64,000 bases of DNA, from contig OY970230.1 in NCBI GenBank assembly GCA_963714095.1, positions 468,084 through 532,083 of the forward strand. The letters are read 5' to 3'. Position numbers and translations under genes: made by a program. This document shows, piece by piece, positions 10,461 through 20,466 of the stretch. Below the pieces are notes generated by a model. It ran no database searches and was not told where the DNA came from. It saw only the letters and a list, made by a program, of their open reading frames with translations. Positions within the stretch are counted from its first letter, which is position 1. Each line of letters opens with the position of its first letter. The stretch is from Candidatus Gottesmanbacteria bacterium. Lineage in GTDB: Bacteria; Patescibacteriota; Microgenomatia; UBA10105; UBA927.

Positions 10461-11195
10461 TTACCACGAACTCGTAAACTCCCCTATGAGTCCGCCCATA
10501 TACCGCACAAACGGAATAACCGTCGAATAATTGAGTCTGGAAGGCCCCACAATACCGATAGCTCCGGAAACATGCGGCGAACTAAATTTTTCAAAAACAA
10601 TACCACATTGTGAAAGGACACTCCGTGCGGCTATTTCCTCCCCCAAAAAAATATCAAAAACTTCGGTGTCTCTCCCTAAAAGCTCCGACCAGAATCCAAA
10701 CTGGTCGAGTGTGGCAAGTAAGTGGTGCGTCAGCTCATAATCGTAAAATTCCGGCATATCCAAAAGGTTTGCGGCACCTGCATAATACAGATCACCGTCT
10801 TTTGTTGCCGTAATTGCAAGTGTTTTGGTTTTCTCCGCCAGTGTTTTGGTTGCCTCGCGCAGTAATTTATCCACTTCCTGACGATATTCCCAAATTTTCT
10901 CTTTCACTGCAACTTCGTCTGCCACCGACATATCTTTGGTTTTCATGAGGTGATCGACGTAATAACGCATTGCAGCGGGAGTTGGGCCGCGGCCCGCCGA
11001 CGTATGCGGCTGATTGAGCATTTTGAGTTCAGTGAGATGCATCATTTCATTCCGGATTGTAGCCGGAGACACGCCAAGATTGTATTTTTTATCCAATGTT
11101 TCGCTTCCCACAGGTTCCGCGGTGGCAATGTATTCCTCAATAATTGCTTTGAGGATTTGTATCTGGCGCGGAGTTAAATCTTTTACCGGATCCAT
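10461..11195 (-). CDS. hrcA: Heat-inducible transcription repressor HrcA
   Basis: RQIQILKAIIEEYIATAEPVGS, SPATIRNEM, QPHTSAGR, GIVGPSRLNY; ATG at 11195 preceded by AAAGGA. Confidence 0.95.
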   Translation of the reverse strand: MDPVKDLTPRQIQILKAIIEEYIATAEPVGSETLDKKYNLGVSPATIRNEMMHLTELKMLNQPHTSAGRGPTPAAMRYYVDHLMKTKDMSVADEVAVKEKIWEYRQEVDKLLREATKTLAEKTKTLAITATKDGDLYYAGAANLLDMPEFYDYELTHHLLATLDQFGFWSELLGRDTEVFDIFLGEEIAARSVLSQCGIVFEKFSSPHVSGAIGIVGPSRLNYSTVIPFVRYMGGLIGEFTSSW

Positions 11196-11215
11196 ATATA
11201 TCCTTTCTTGACAGA

Positions 11216-11252
11216 TTAGCAGTACTATACATCGAGTGCTAACCCTTGTCAA
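11216..11252 (-). promoter_or_regulatory. Sigma70 promoter overlapped by CIRCE operator (hrcA-grpE-dnaK)
   Basis: TTGACA(11252-47)-17bp-TATAGT(11229-24); TTAGCACTC-N9-TACTGCTAA at 11242-11216 vs CIRCE consensus TTAGCACTC-N9-GAGTGCTAA. Confidence 0.9.
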
Positions 11253-11285
11253 TACCCTTCGACTCCTGTAATAATGGATATACGG

Positions 11286-12392
11286 ATGAAAAAAGTATTC
11301 CTGTATATTTTTATTGGATTACTATTACTTGCGATACCTGCAACGGTATTTATTGTCGGTCAGCAGAGGAATACCCGCACACAAGCCGCACCTGCCACCA
11401 CCCTTGCACTCACACCGGCAACACAAACAGTAACCAGCGGAAACAGTATTAAACTGAACGTCGATATCGACCCTGGCGCCAATCAGGTAATTTCCGCTAG
11501 TGTGTATCTTACCTATGATCCAACAAAACTCGAAGCGCAAACAATTACGAACGGGGGCGGCGCACCACGGGTTTTAAACTCCGGCATTATCGAAAACGGA
11601 ACGGCTTCCATTAGCGTAGGGGCTGCCAGTAACAGCCAACCGATAACAACCCAGGGGACCATCGCTGTCATCACGTTTACGGCAAAAAACGCTACGGATA
11701 ATTTCACTCCGACTCTCGTTCAGTTTGCGTCCAACACGTCTGTCGTGGGAATCAACGACCCGACAGCAAACGTCTTAGTCGGTACAACTCCTGCAAAAAT
11801 TACCATCAACGGCGCCAATACGAATACTTCCGCAACAGATGTTGCTTCAGATAGCGCAACGGTAACACCGACCGCAGGAGCGACGCCCACTGCAACACCG
11901 ACAGCAGATTTAACTCCAACTGCAACCCCGACAGCAGATTTAACTCCAACCGCCGGAGCGTCGCCGACAGATACACCTAGCCCGACACCTGCCTCACTAC
12001 AAATCCTTTCACCCCAATCAAATGCCGATGTGTCCACATCCCAACCGGTCATTCAGGGGACAGCCACTCCCGGCAGTGTCGTCACTCTCGTTATTCATTC
12101 TGATGCGGGAACCACTGTAACAGTGACCACGGACGCAAACGGTAATTGGTCGTATACTCCCGCAACCCCGCTGGATCCAGGTCTTCATAGCATCGTTGCC
12201 AGTGCCCAATCAGCTTCCGGCACAACCCAAACAGCTACCACAAGCTTTGTTGTCGCCAGCGGCACAGGAACCGACGCAAATGGGGCGACAGTAAGCGCTG
12301 TTCCTGTATCGGGCACTGTTGAAACCACGATAATTCTTTTAGGTTTAGGAATACTATTCATCACAACAGGCACAATCGTATGGCATTTTTAA
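11286..12392 (+). CDS. Surface protein: N-terminal TM, cohesin-like domain, Thr/Pro linker, Ig-like domain, C-terminal VPVSG+TM
   Basis: SASVYLTYDPTKL cohesin-like strand pattern; TDANGNWSYTP Big-like repeat; hydrophobic termini. Confidence 0.75.
   Translation: MKKVFLYIFIGLLLLAIPATVFIVGQQRNTRTQAAPATTLALTPATQTVTSGNSIKLNVDIDPGANQVISASVYLTYDPTKLEAQTITNGGGAPRVLNSGIIENGTASISVGAASNSQPITTQGTIAVITFTAKNATDNFTPTLVQFASNTSVVGINDPTANVLVGTTPAKITINGANTNTSATDVASDSATVTPTAGATPTATPTADLTPTATPTADLTPTAGASPTDTPSPTPASLQILSPQSNADVSTSQPVIQGTATPGSVVTLVIHSDAGTTVTVTTDANGNWSYTPATPLDPGLHSIVASAQSASGTTQTATTSFVVASGTGTDANGATVSAVPVSGTVETTIILLGLGILFITTGTIVWHF
11891..11950 (+). repeat. 30-bp tandem repeat x2 encoding ATPTADLTPT
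   Basis: TGCAAC(A/C)CCGACAGCAGATTTAACTCCAAC twice, one mismatch. Confidence 0.9.
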
Positions 12393-13787
12393 CACAACGC
12401 ACAAAACCAAAAACAATATCAGTCATTTCCATTTTGGCACTCATTGTGTTTTTACCGATCATGTTGTTGGCGGTCCAAAATATCGTTGTGCTTATCACAC
12501 GGGCAACGGGCACAACAGCCAATATCGCTGTTGATACAAAAACGATTCTTGATCCCGTGAATACCGATTTTTATCACGCATTTATCCAGGGAGACGAAGT
12601 ATCTACGGATATAACCGCCCCTGTCGTTGCTGATATTGGTGTGCTTAAACCCAAAATCATCCGGCTCGACCATTTGTACGATGTATACAATGTCGTCGGA
12701 CGGAATAGTGACGGGTTAACATTTGATTGGACCCGCCTCGACAGTGCCGTAAACGCAATACAGGCAACCGGTGCCAAACCGCTTCTCTCACTTTCCTATA
12801 TGCCATCGGTTATTGCCCAAGGCGGCAACAGTACTAACCCGCCAAATGACTGGAACGAGTGGGCACAGGTTGTCCAAAAAACCATCGAACACTACAGTGG
12901 GCGGGCTGGAGAAAAACATCAATGGGGTCTATTATGAAGTATGGAACGAACCGGACTCAGCCCAATTCGGCGGCTGGAACTATTCCGGGAACAAAAATTA
13001 TCTCACTCTCTATCACTTCGCGTCCGTCGGAGCCAACAATGCACAGAATGTCAATACATTTTATCTCGGCGGCCCGGCAACAACGGGGATCAATAAGGAT
13101 TGGATTACAGCTCTCCTTGCCAGCGGCAATAGAATTGACTTTCTCTCCTGGCATTCCTATCAGACCGATCCCAAAGCCTTCGATATAGACCGGCGGAATA
13201 TCATATCGTGGCTGCAACCCTATCCTACCTACACGCTTATTCCGCTTCTTATCACGGAATTCGGATTTACCGCAGATAAAAGCACATTGTACGGCACACA
13301 ATACGCGGCTGCCTATACAACGGCGGTTATCCGGCAACTCATTACTGGCGGACCTTCATACCTTTTTTCGTTCCAGCTTGTTGACGGAGCAAACGAGCAG
13401 GATGGATCCGGACAGGGTCTCATCACAAATCCTGATAACGGTATGACGAAAAAACCCCGGTATTACGTGTATAACTTTATTGACGCCATGGCTGGCAACC
13501 GCCTCGCCCTCTCAGGCGAAGGAACGTGGGTCACAGGGTTTGCCAGCATCAACAAAAACGTTATACGGACACTGCTCGTAAACTTTGACCCAAACGGATC
13601 GCACGCGGAAAATGTTCCAGTAACCTGGAAAAATCTGGATCCCGGTACCTATACATTGCATACGCAGTACCTGTCCGGGACAGACACGAAAACCACGGAG
13701 GTTGCCACAACGTCTGCCATAACAAAACAAATCCCCATGACGGCACAAACAGTGGTACTTCTTGAATTATCAAAACAAACACCGTAA
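12380..13787 (+). pseudogene. Membrane-anchored GH39-like (clan GH-A) glycoside hydrolase split by a frameshift near 12900-12918
   Basis: ORF 12380-12937 gives the N-half (IRLDHLYD, FDWTRLD, LSYMP, PPNDWNEW); ORF ending 13787 gives YEVWNEPD, FLSWHSY, ITEFG; one base change joins them; may be an assembly error. Confidence 0.7.
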
Positions 13788-13789
13788 GT

Positions 13790-15442
13790 TTACGATAATT
13801 TATCCTGCATAGTGCCGGTCATCACTTCGTTGGCAGGATCCAGAAGTACCGCCTTCGGTCGGCGGACGCGGCGGATAAGTTCAATAAACGATTTCACCTC
13901 GTTCACATCAAACACCCAAGCCAGCACCAGATAGGTTACCAACCCTACACAACCGGCTACACCCGTTAACAGCAGCAGCCCGAATGTCCGTGTTGTATCA
14001 AAAATCAGCTGATCAAACAGTTTCAGCGGAAAAAATACGGCGACGCCTGCAACCGCAGCCGCGATAAACATTTTTATTGCGGGGAGAAATAATTCCTTTT
14101 TCGCAAACCCACCGATTTTTCTATCCAATACAATATATAAAACCGTTGCATTCAAAATACTTGCAATCGATGTAGATAACCCCAATGACCAAACCGGCAA
14201 ACCGAATACTTTTATAAATAAGAGGCTAAGTGCTGTATTTGTGAGAATGGAAACCACACTGATTTTCACCGGGGTTTTACTGTCATAGAGCGCATAAAAT
14301 CCGCGTGCCAGCACGTTGACAATGGATTGGGCAAAAATCGACAGAGCAAACATGGATAACGTCATGCCGGTTAATACAGTTGCCTGCCAATCAAAATGGG
14401 ACGCGCCGTAAATAAGACGCACAACCGGAACACGCAAAACAATAAATAATGCAGAAATAGGCAACACAAAAAAGAGAATTTGATGAATTGCCGATATCAC
14501 AGATTTCTTAAACTCCCCTTTATCCTCGTTGGCAGATGCGGCGGACAACGTGGGGAGAGCGGCTTGTGCGACACTCACACCAAAAAGTCCGACGGGCAAC
14601 TGCTGCAGTTGTTGGGCAAAATTAAATACAGTAACCATACGGGCTCCCAATAGTGATGCCATCATAAGGTCTACCGTGCTGTCAATCTGTGAGACTGCCA
14701 GTCCCAGCGTCCGCGGACCGATAAGTTTTAGCACCTCCCGTACTCCCTTATGCCGCCAGTCAAGCTTCAGTTTGTGCCGATAACCCACGACGATAACAAG
14801 AGGCACTTGAATGAGCATAAATAAGCCTGCCCCGATGCCAACACCGTAGACAGGAGCCATAAGACCGACCGTCGGCGTAAGGGTAACGACACCAAGAATG
14901 ATCCCGAGATTGTAAACGACAGGCGCAAGTGCCGGAAGAAGAAACATATTATATGACTGTAAAATCCCGGTAAAGAAGTTTCCGACCAGGAGCGGCAGTA
15001 CCTGAAATATAATCATAAAGCGTGTGTAAGTAGCCATACGGGCTATCTGTGCGGGTGAAAACCCCGGCGCCAAAAAATGAGACAACTGATTCGCAAATAT
15101 AAGGAGCGGGATTGCCAGAACCACCATTACCACAATACTCATATTGATAAGCGTCGCCGCCACATCAAATCCCTCTTTTTCATTTTTTTGAGTAACATAC
15201 TTCGTAAAAACCGGAATAAATGCACTCGTGAGCGCGCCCATGACTAATAACTCAAAAATAAGATTCGGGAGACGGAACGCTGCGAAATAGACGCCAAGCT
15301 CATCCGGTGTAAATCGGGCGTTCAAAAGCCTATCGCGCACGAGTCCCAGTACGCGGGACGTAAACACCATAGATATCAATATGAAAGCAGCAGATCCGAT
15401 CGTCTGCTGTTTTTTGGAAAATAACCCCCAGAAACGCTTCAT
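13790..15442 (-). CDS. murJ: Lipid II flippase MurJ
   Basis: SRVLGLVRD, AFRLPN, GALTSAFIPVF, QLPVGLFGVS, ARGFYALYDSKTP. Confidence 0.95.
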   Translation of the reverse strand: MKRFWGLFSKKQQTIGSAAFILISMVFTSRVLGLVRDRLLNARFTPDELGVYFAAFRLPNLIFELLVMGALTSAFIPVFTKYVTQKNEKEGFDVAATLINMSIVVMVVLAIPLLIFANQLSHFLAPGFSPAQIARMATYTRFMIIFQVLPLLVGNFFTGILQSYNMFLLPALAPVVYNLGIILGVVTLTPTVGLMAPVYGVGIGAGLFMLIQVPLVIVVGYRHKLKLDWRHKGVREVLKLIGPRTLGLAVSQIDSTVDLMMASLLGARMVTVFNFAQQLQQLPVGLFGVSVAQAALPTLSAASANEDKGEFKKSVISAIHQILFFVLPISALFIVLRVPVVRLIYGASHFDWQATVLTGMTLSMFALSIFAQSIVNVLARGFYALYDSKTPVKISVVSILTNTALSLLFIKVFGLPVWSLGLSTSIASILNATVLYIVLDRKIGGFAKKELFLPAIKMFIAAAVAGVAVFFPLKLFDQLIFDTTRTFGLLLLTGVAGCVGLVTYLVLAWVFDVNEVKSFIELIRRVRRPKAVLLDPANEVMTGTMQDKLS

Positions 15443-15489
15443 CCTGCCTATTATAGCTATTTTTTCATTTTTTTGTTATACTTACCCGC

Positions 15490-15729
15490 ATGCCGATCAT
15501 AAAACGGGCGATAAAAAAACTACGACACGACCGCAAAAGGACGATAGAAATCAAGCGCGTGCGCGCGTCACTGCAAAAAATGGTGAAATCCATGCGGAAA
15601 AAACCGACACAAAAATCATTAACGCGGGTATTTTCTGTATTGGATAAAGCGGCAAAAACGCATATAATCCACAAAAATAAAGCTGACCGGCTCAAAGCGC
15701 GTCTCTCCAAACTCCTCGCAAAAAAATAA
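15490..15729 (+). CDS. rpsT: 30S ribosomal protein S20
   Basis: MPIIKRAIKKLR...LDKAAKTHIIHKNKADRLKARL. Confidence 0.95.
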   Translation: MPIIKRAIKKLRHDRKRTIEIKRVRASLQKMVKSMRKKPTQKSLTRVFSVLDKAAKTHIIHKNKADRLKARLSKLLAKK

Positions 15730-15777
15730 TCAGCATATTCTGTTTGTTTCTTCTCTCTTACTTGATATACTGATTTT

Positions 15778-16335
15778 ATGTCCCCTACTCGAACACCATC
15801 CGTTAATTTAATCGGCGAAGAAGAAATGGAACACACACCCGTCGGCCGGATTGTGATGTGGGCTGTAACGTACGGACGGTACATCATGATCGGGACGGAA
15901 CTTATCGTACTCCTGGCTTTTATCTCCCGCTTCAGCCTGGACCGCAAACTTACAGATCTTAACGACGAAGTATCACAAAAACAGGCAATCATTGATGCAA
16001 ATTTTGATTTTGAAACGGAGTTCCGGACAATACAGGCTAAAATAACGACAATACAAACATTTCTGAGTGTTACACCGATAGAAAACAACGCACTTAATGC
16101 AATTCAGACCATACTTCCTGCCGATGTCCACTTGGAATCGTTGAATATTACGAACGAACAAGTCGTCGGAAGCGTTGTTGCCAATACAACGGATGGATTT
16201 TCGCAAATGGTCGCAAATCTCCAGGCGGCAAACATCTTTAGCCAGGTGGAAATCGGCGATATCAAACGGAGCCCGACGACTGGAATACAATTTACATTCA
16301 CCGGAACAATAGCGCTTCCTAAAAAAGGGAAATAA
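15778..16335 (+). CDS. PilN-like type IV pilus alignment protein
   Basis: N-terminal VNLI motif (PilM-binding INLL-like), single TM, coiled coil, LPADVHLESL ferredoxin-like fold pattern. Confidence 0.7.
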   Translation: MSPTRTPSVNLIGEEEMEHTPVGRIVMWAVTYGRYIMIGTELIVLLAFISRFSLDRKLTDLNDEVSQKQAIIDANFDFETEFRTIQAKITTIQTFLSVTPIENNALNAIQTILPADVHLESLNITNEQVVGSVVANTTDGFSQMVANLQAANIFSQVEIGDIKRSPTTGIQFTFTGTIALPKKGK

Positions 16336-16337
16336 CT

Positions 16338-17003
16338 ATGCAATTCAATTATAAAGATGAATATAAACGGTACCAGCGATATTACCAGTCGCTGGCGCCG
16401 CCACCTCCTGTGCGCCGCGCATACACGGCAATTATTTTTTCATTTCTCGTCATTTCCTTGTTCGGATGGTATGCAATCCGCCCGACCATTCAGACGATTT
16501 TAACGTTAAAGCGGGAAATTATCGATAAAACGGAGATCGACAAAAAAATGGAGGATAAAATCTCCGCTCTTATTGAAGCACAGGCAGCGTATCAGAATAT
16601 AGAACCGGATTTGCCGCTTCTTGACGATGCGCTTCCGGTCATGTCCGATGCGCCGCGTGCCGCTTGGCAGATTCAGTCACTCTCAACTGATTCGCACGTC
16701 ACATTAACGAACATGTCAATTATGACTGTCCCGCTTACCGGCGACACAGGGCCGGGGGTACAACAAAAGCCGGCATCCGGTACCCCGGTAAGTTTTCCGA
16801 TATCCGTCTCTGTAACCGGCGGATATACAGACGTGAAACAATTCATTCAGGGAATATATAATTTACGCCGCGTTATCCAAATAGACTCCATGCTTTTTAC
16901 CCCAATACGCACATACACGTCTATAGCGTCCGACAGTGCAACTCCCACTAGTACACAGGTAAAAGTTGATTTAAAATTAAATGTGTTCTATTTATCAATG
17001 TAA
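16338..17003 (+). CDS. PilO-like type IV pilus alignment protein
   Basis: TM, coiled coil, DDALP, ISVSVTGGYTDVKQFIQGIYNLRRVIQI; directly follows the pilN-like gene. Confidence 0.75.
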   Translation: MQFNYKDEYKRYQRYYQSLAPPPPVRRAYTAIIFSFLVISLFGWYAIRPTIQTILTLKREIIDKTEIDKKMEDKISALIEAQAAYQNIEPDLPLLDDALPVMSDAPRAAWQIQSLSTDSHVTLTNMSIMTVPLTGDTGPGVQQKPASGTPVSFPISVSVTGGYTDVKQFIQGIYNLRRVIQIDSMLFTPIRTYTSIASDSATPTSTQVKVDLKLNVFYLSM

Positions 17004-17005
17004 TT

Positions 17006-17221
17006 ATGAAAATAACATCACTCTCAGAAGGAAATGACCGGGATTTACTCCTTATATCCGTATTTACCTTTTTTACCGTAACTTTGTGGGTATTTTTTGA
17101 GGTATTAAAAACCGTCAAAACTACAACGATTACCCCACAGGTAACACAAATTGTCGTTCCGTTATCGCCGACACTCAATTCCCAGGTTTTTCAAACACTT
17201 GAGGCAAAAAAGTCATATTAG
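17006..17221 (+). CDS. Small single-TM protein after pilO-like gene
   Basis: 71 aa with one hydrophobic helix, tightly packed in the operon. Confidence 0.6.
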   Translation: MKITSLSEGNDRDLLLISVFTFFTVTLWVFFEVLKTVKTTTITPQVTQIVVPLSPTLNSQVFQTLEAKKSY

Positions 17222-17222
17222 T

Positions 17223-18581
17223 ATGCATATACCCACAAAAATACCTACTCTCCTCGGCATACTCCTTGTTATTCTTATCGTCGGGGTTATTTCTGTAGGA
17301 TCCCAGTCACTCCTGAATATAGTAACAACAGCGTCCGGATCAATACAACCCGCAAACGTAGAGATATCCAACATTTCCGATACAACGTTTACGGTGTCCT
17401 GGACGACACAAATTCCCGCCACGGGCGCCCTGATAGTCGCCGTACCCAATGGAACATCACAGGTGTTATTTGACGACCAGGATACTAAAAATCAGGGAAA
17501 ATATATTACACACAGCGTCACCTTGCGCGCTGCAGTTCCTGACACCGACTACGAGATTACAATTCTCTCCGACAGCAAAAAAAATATCAACGGTGAAACT
17601 CCATATAAAATTCATACAGGTTCACTGTTGACAACCACAAGTGGGAATCTGGAACCTGCATACGGCACTATAGTCTCCGATTCAAACCAGCCGGTTGCCG
17701 GTGCCCTCGTGTATCTCACCCTTCAGGGTGGACAAACTCTTTCTACCGTCAGTAAGCCTTCCGGCACATGGCTTATCCCTCTGAATCTTGTACGTACACA
17801 GGACCTGACAGGGTACCTTCCGGTAACTGACCGGCTGACGGAAACGATTATTGTCCAAACCGGGGACAAAGAGACAAATGCAATCACTGACACATTGAAC
17901 GACTCACCTGTTCCCAACATGGTACCCGGCAAAACCTACGATTTCCGCGATCTCAATGCAAAAACATCGGGCAAGCCGTTGGCGATTGCCACCACGCCCC
18001 AAGTACAAAAAAACGCCGGAACAGTACTTGGCACGTCATCCGCAAAACCAGCCAACACGGTTTCGCTTGTTATTCCGGCTGATGGCGCGGCGCTGCCCAC
18101 CACACTTCCCCTTATACAGGGAACCGGAATACCGGGAAAAACCGTCTCCCTTGTAATCGGCATCACGAATCCCATCGGAGACGCAACTATTGTTCCTGCC
18201 AATGGGGTATGGACATATACACCAAAACAGCCGCTTGCCCCGGGCAAACAAAGCGTCACAATGACAACAACAAATCTTCAAAACAAACCGGTTGCCATCA
18301 CCCATGTGTTTGAAATACTCAAAAGCGGCACGCAGGTACTGGGTGACGCCACTCCTTCTGCCACACTCACACCGACGGACACCGTTACCATTACCCCATC
18401 GCCGACGGATACACCTGAGGCAACTATTTCTGCAACACCAGAATCCACTCCCGAATCCACGCCTGAATCCGAACTTGCTGCACAGCCTCCTCCCACAAGC
18501 GGCAATGAACTTCCGACCATCACACTTTTCGCTATTGGAGTCGGACTTTTAATTGGAGGCGGTATCGTCTTAATAAAATAA
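17223..18581 (+). CDS. Surface protein: N-terminal TM, FN3-like, transthyretin/carboxypeptidase-regulatory-like and Ig-like domains, C-terminal PPTSG+TM
   Basis: ISNISDTTFTVSWTT, THSVTL, AYGTIV...PVAGALVYL, NGVWTYTP; Thr/Pro/Glu linker. Confidence 0.75.
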   Translation: MHIPTKIPTLLGILLVILIVGVISVGSQSLLNIVTTASGSIQPANVEISNISDTTFTVSWTTQIPATGALIVAVPNGTSQVLFDDQDTKNQGKYITHSVTLRAAVPDTDYEITILSDSKKNINGETPYKIHTGSLLTTTSGNLEPAYGTIVSDSNQPVAGALVYLTLQGGQTLSTVSKPSGTWLIPLNLVRTQDLTGYLPVTDRLTETIIVQTGDKETNAITDTLNDSPVPNMVPGKTYDFRDLNAKTSGKPLAIATTPQVQKNAGTVLGTSSAKPANTVSLVIPADGAALPTTLPLIQGTGIPGKTVSLVIGITNPIGDATIVPANGVWTYTPKQPLAPGKQSVTMTTTNLQNKPVAITHVFEILKSGTQVLGDATPSATLTPTDTVTITPSPTDTPEATISATPESTPESTPESELAAQPPPTSGNELPTITLFAIGVGLLIGGGIVLIK

Positions 18582-18663
18582 GGAACTGATATTGACTTCA
18601 ATGGTGAATACCATATAAGCTGGTAATAGGACCACTCGTTTTGGTTTATTTGTTGGAAATTAT

Positions 18664-19794
18664 ATGGCCGATATTTTAGACGCTGCTCAATCAAATACTC
18701 AACCGGGCACGACTCCTCCTGCTTCCGACGTTCCTCCAATGCCGCCGGCTCCACCGGTACCTATACCAGTGTCTCCGGAGCCGGAGGAACCCGAACCAAC
18801 GCCACCCGTACCACCAATGAACGAATCACCTATTATTCCTGACAAACCCGTGCCGTCTTCCGAACCGCCAACAGCACTTTCCGATTCTCTTATTATTCCT
18901 CCGCCGGGAAAAAGAACGCCCGCGACGGAAACTGTATCTCCACCACCTCCACCGCCGGAGGAACCACATAAGGAGGAAATAAAATCTCCTGTTAAACCAA
19001 AAAGAAAAAGGGGGATCGGAGTCCTTATTGCGGGATTATTGCTGCTTGTTATCACCATCCCCATTCTTGTCGTCTTTGTCCAACAACAGGAAGAAATCCG
19101 CAGCCGCGCAACGGAGGGAAACTACCCAACACCGACACCAATACTAGACTGCAGTCAAGTAAAGTGTACTGCCACAGGATGCACCGTCGGAAGTGCGTTC
19201 AACACTTCATCTTCCTCGTATTGTTATGTCAATAAATATTGGTGTCAGGATATTAAAGCAGGCGGGGTTGATTGCAGCACGGCTACCGGTGGAGTTGTCG
19301 TAGGATCCGGCGCGACAGAAAATTTTTCTGAAACTTGTGGCACTGAGCAAATTGATATTGGTTGCCCAGCTTGCGGGTGCAACAACAATATTTTAACTGA
19401 ACCGGCAAGTTGCTGGCATTCTATTCGCTACGCTTACGCTTGTACTGCAACTCCAACGCCGACGAGAACCGTTACCCCCACGCCCACGCCGACAAATACG
19501 CCCACTCCAACGCCGACGGGTGCCCCACAGTGTATCAGCATCGTCGCTTATGACTCAAACGGAAATGCGCTCTCACCTACTGATCTTGCCGCCTTACAAC
19601 CAGGCACCACGATTACCCTCGCATTTGCCCCGGGTGGCGCTGCCACCCAAGTCCGATTCAGCGTAAACGGCGGCGGCTGGAACACAACGACGACGAAAAA
19701 CTCACAAGGTCAGTTTGTTTGGAACTACACTCTGGACAATTCGACGAGTTTTACAATAACAGCACAATGGTTTGACGGAACTAACTGGAATTAA
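18664..19794 (+). CDS. Membrane-anchored surface protein: Pro-rich N-tail, TM, Cys-rich domain, PT linker, small beta domain
   Basis: KPKRKR then TM then [11 protein letters not shown]; many Cys; TPTPT repeats. Confidence 0.75.
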   Translation: MADILDAAQSNTQPGTTPPASDVPPMPPAPPVPIPVSPEPEEPEPTPPVPPMNESPIIPDKPVPSSEPPTALSDSLIIPPPGKRTPATETVSPPPPPPEEPHKEEIKSPVKPKRKRGIGVLIAGLLLLVITIPILVVFVQQQEEIRSRATEGNYPTPTPILDCSQVKCTATGCTVGSAFNTSSSSYCYVNKYWCQDIKAGGVDCSTATGGVVVGSGATENFSETCGTEQIDIGCPACGCNNNILTEPASCWHSIRYAYACTATPTPTRTVTPTPTPTNTPTPTPTGAPQCISIVAYDSNGNALSPTDLAALQPGTTITLAFAPGGAATQVRFSVNGGGWNTTTTKNSQGQFVWNYTLDNSTSFTITAQWFDGTNWN

Positions 19795-19798
19795 CACT

Positions 19799-20458
19799 AT
19801 GAATTACGTGAAAAAACATTGGTATTTGGTCCTCGTATTGTTCCTCACTATCGGACTGGCCATCATGGTTATTTTAACCAGCGGAAAACTTTCCCAAACC
19901 AAACAGGTCACCCCAACCAAGTCTCGGGCTGCTGCTGCTGCGTGCACATTGACATTTAACATCGTAACCCCTACGCCGACGGGAACCGTTACCCCCACGC
20001 CCACGCCGACAAATACGCCCACACCGACGCTATCTCCCACACCGACAAATACGCCCACACCGACGCTATCTCCCACACCGACGGCCACACCAGCACCTAC
20101 ATCGACACCATATCCCACTGCAACACCGATGATTGTATATAACAATCCCACACCAACACCTACATCGACACCATATCCCACTGCTACCCCGACACCCACC
20201 CAATTGCAGATAGCGCAAGTCGCTGCGTGTAACCAATCCTGTACAGTGAATACCGACTGCGCCGCACAACTCGTATGTATCGGAGGCGCATGCAGAAATT
20301 CAACCTGTACCTCACAAGCCAATTGTCTCTGTCTTACGGCAGGAGCGGGAGCAGCACCGACGCCGAAGGTTCCAGTTTCCGGTTCCGGTCCGTCAGTCCT
20401 AGGCGCCTCGATTATCGGCAGTGGGGTCCTCATTCTTCTGCTGGGATTAGCGCTCTAA
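19799..20458 (+). CDS. Mucin-like PT-repeat surface protein with Cys-rich module and C-terminal VPVSG+TM
   Basis: N-terminal [13 protein letters not shown], long TPTP stretch, [27 protein letters not shown]. Confidence 0.75.
   Translation: MNYVKKHWYLVLVLFLTIGLAIMVILTSGKLSQTKQVTPTKSRAAAAACTLTFNIVTPTPTGTVTPTPTPTNTPTPTLSPTPTNTPTPTLSPTPTATPAPTSTPYPTATPMIVYNNPTPTPTSTPYPTATPTPTQLQIAQVAACNQSCTVNTDCAAQLVCIGGACRNSTCTSQANCLCLTAGAGAAPTPKVPVSGSGPSVLGASIIGSGVLILLLGLAL
20006..20082 (+). repeat. 36-bp tandem repeat x2 in PT linker
   Basis: CCGACAAATACGCCCACACCGACGCTATCTCCCACA twice. Confidence 0.85.
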
Positions 20459-20466
20459 ACGCAGGA

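Noticed and set aside
15465-16088. 207-aa minus-strand ORF
   Set aside because: Overlaps rpsT and the pilN-like gene on the opposite strand; no family features
19440-20200. Repeats as a possible CRISPR array
   Set aside because: In-frame Pro/Thr coding repeats with no unique spacers and no cas genes
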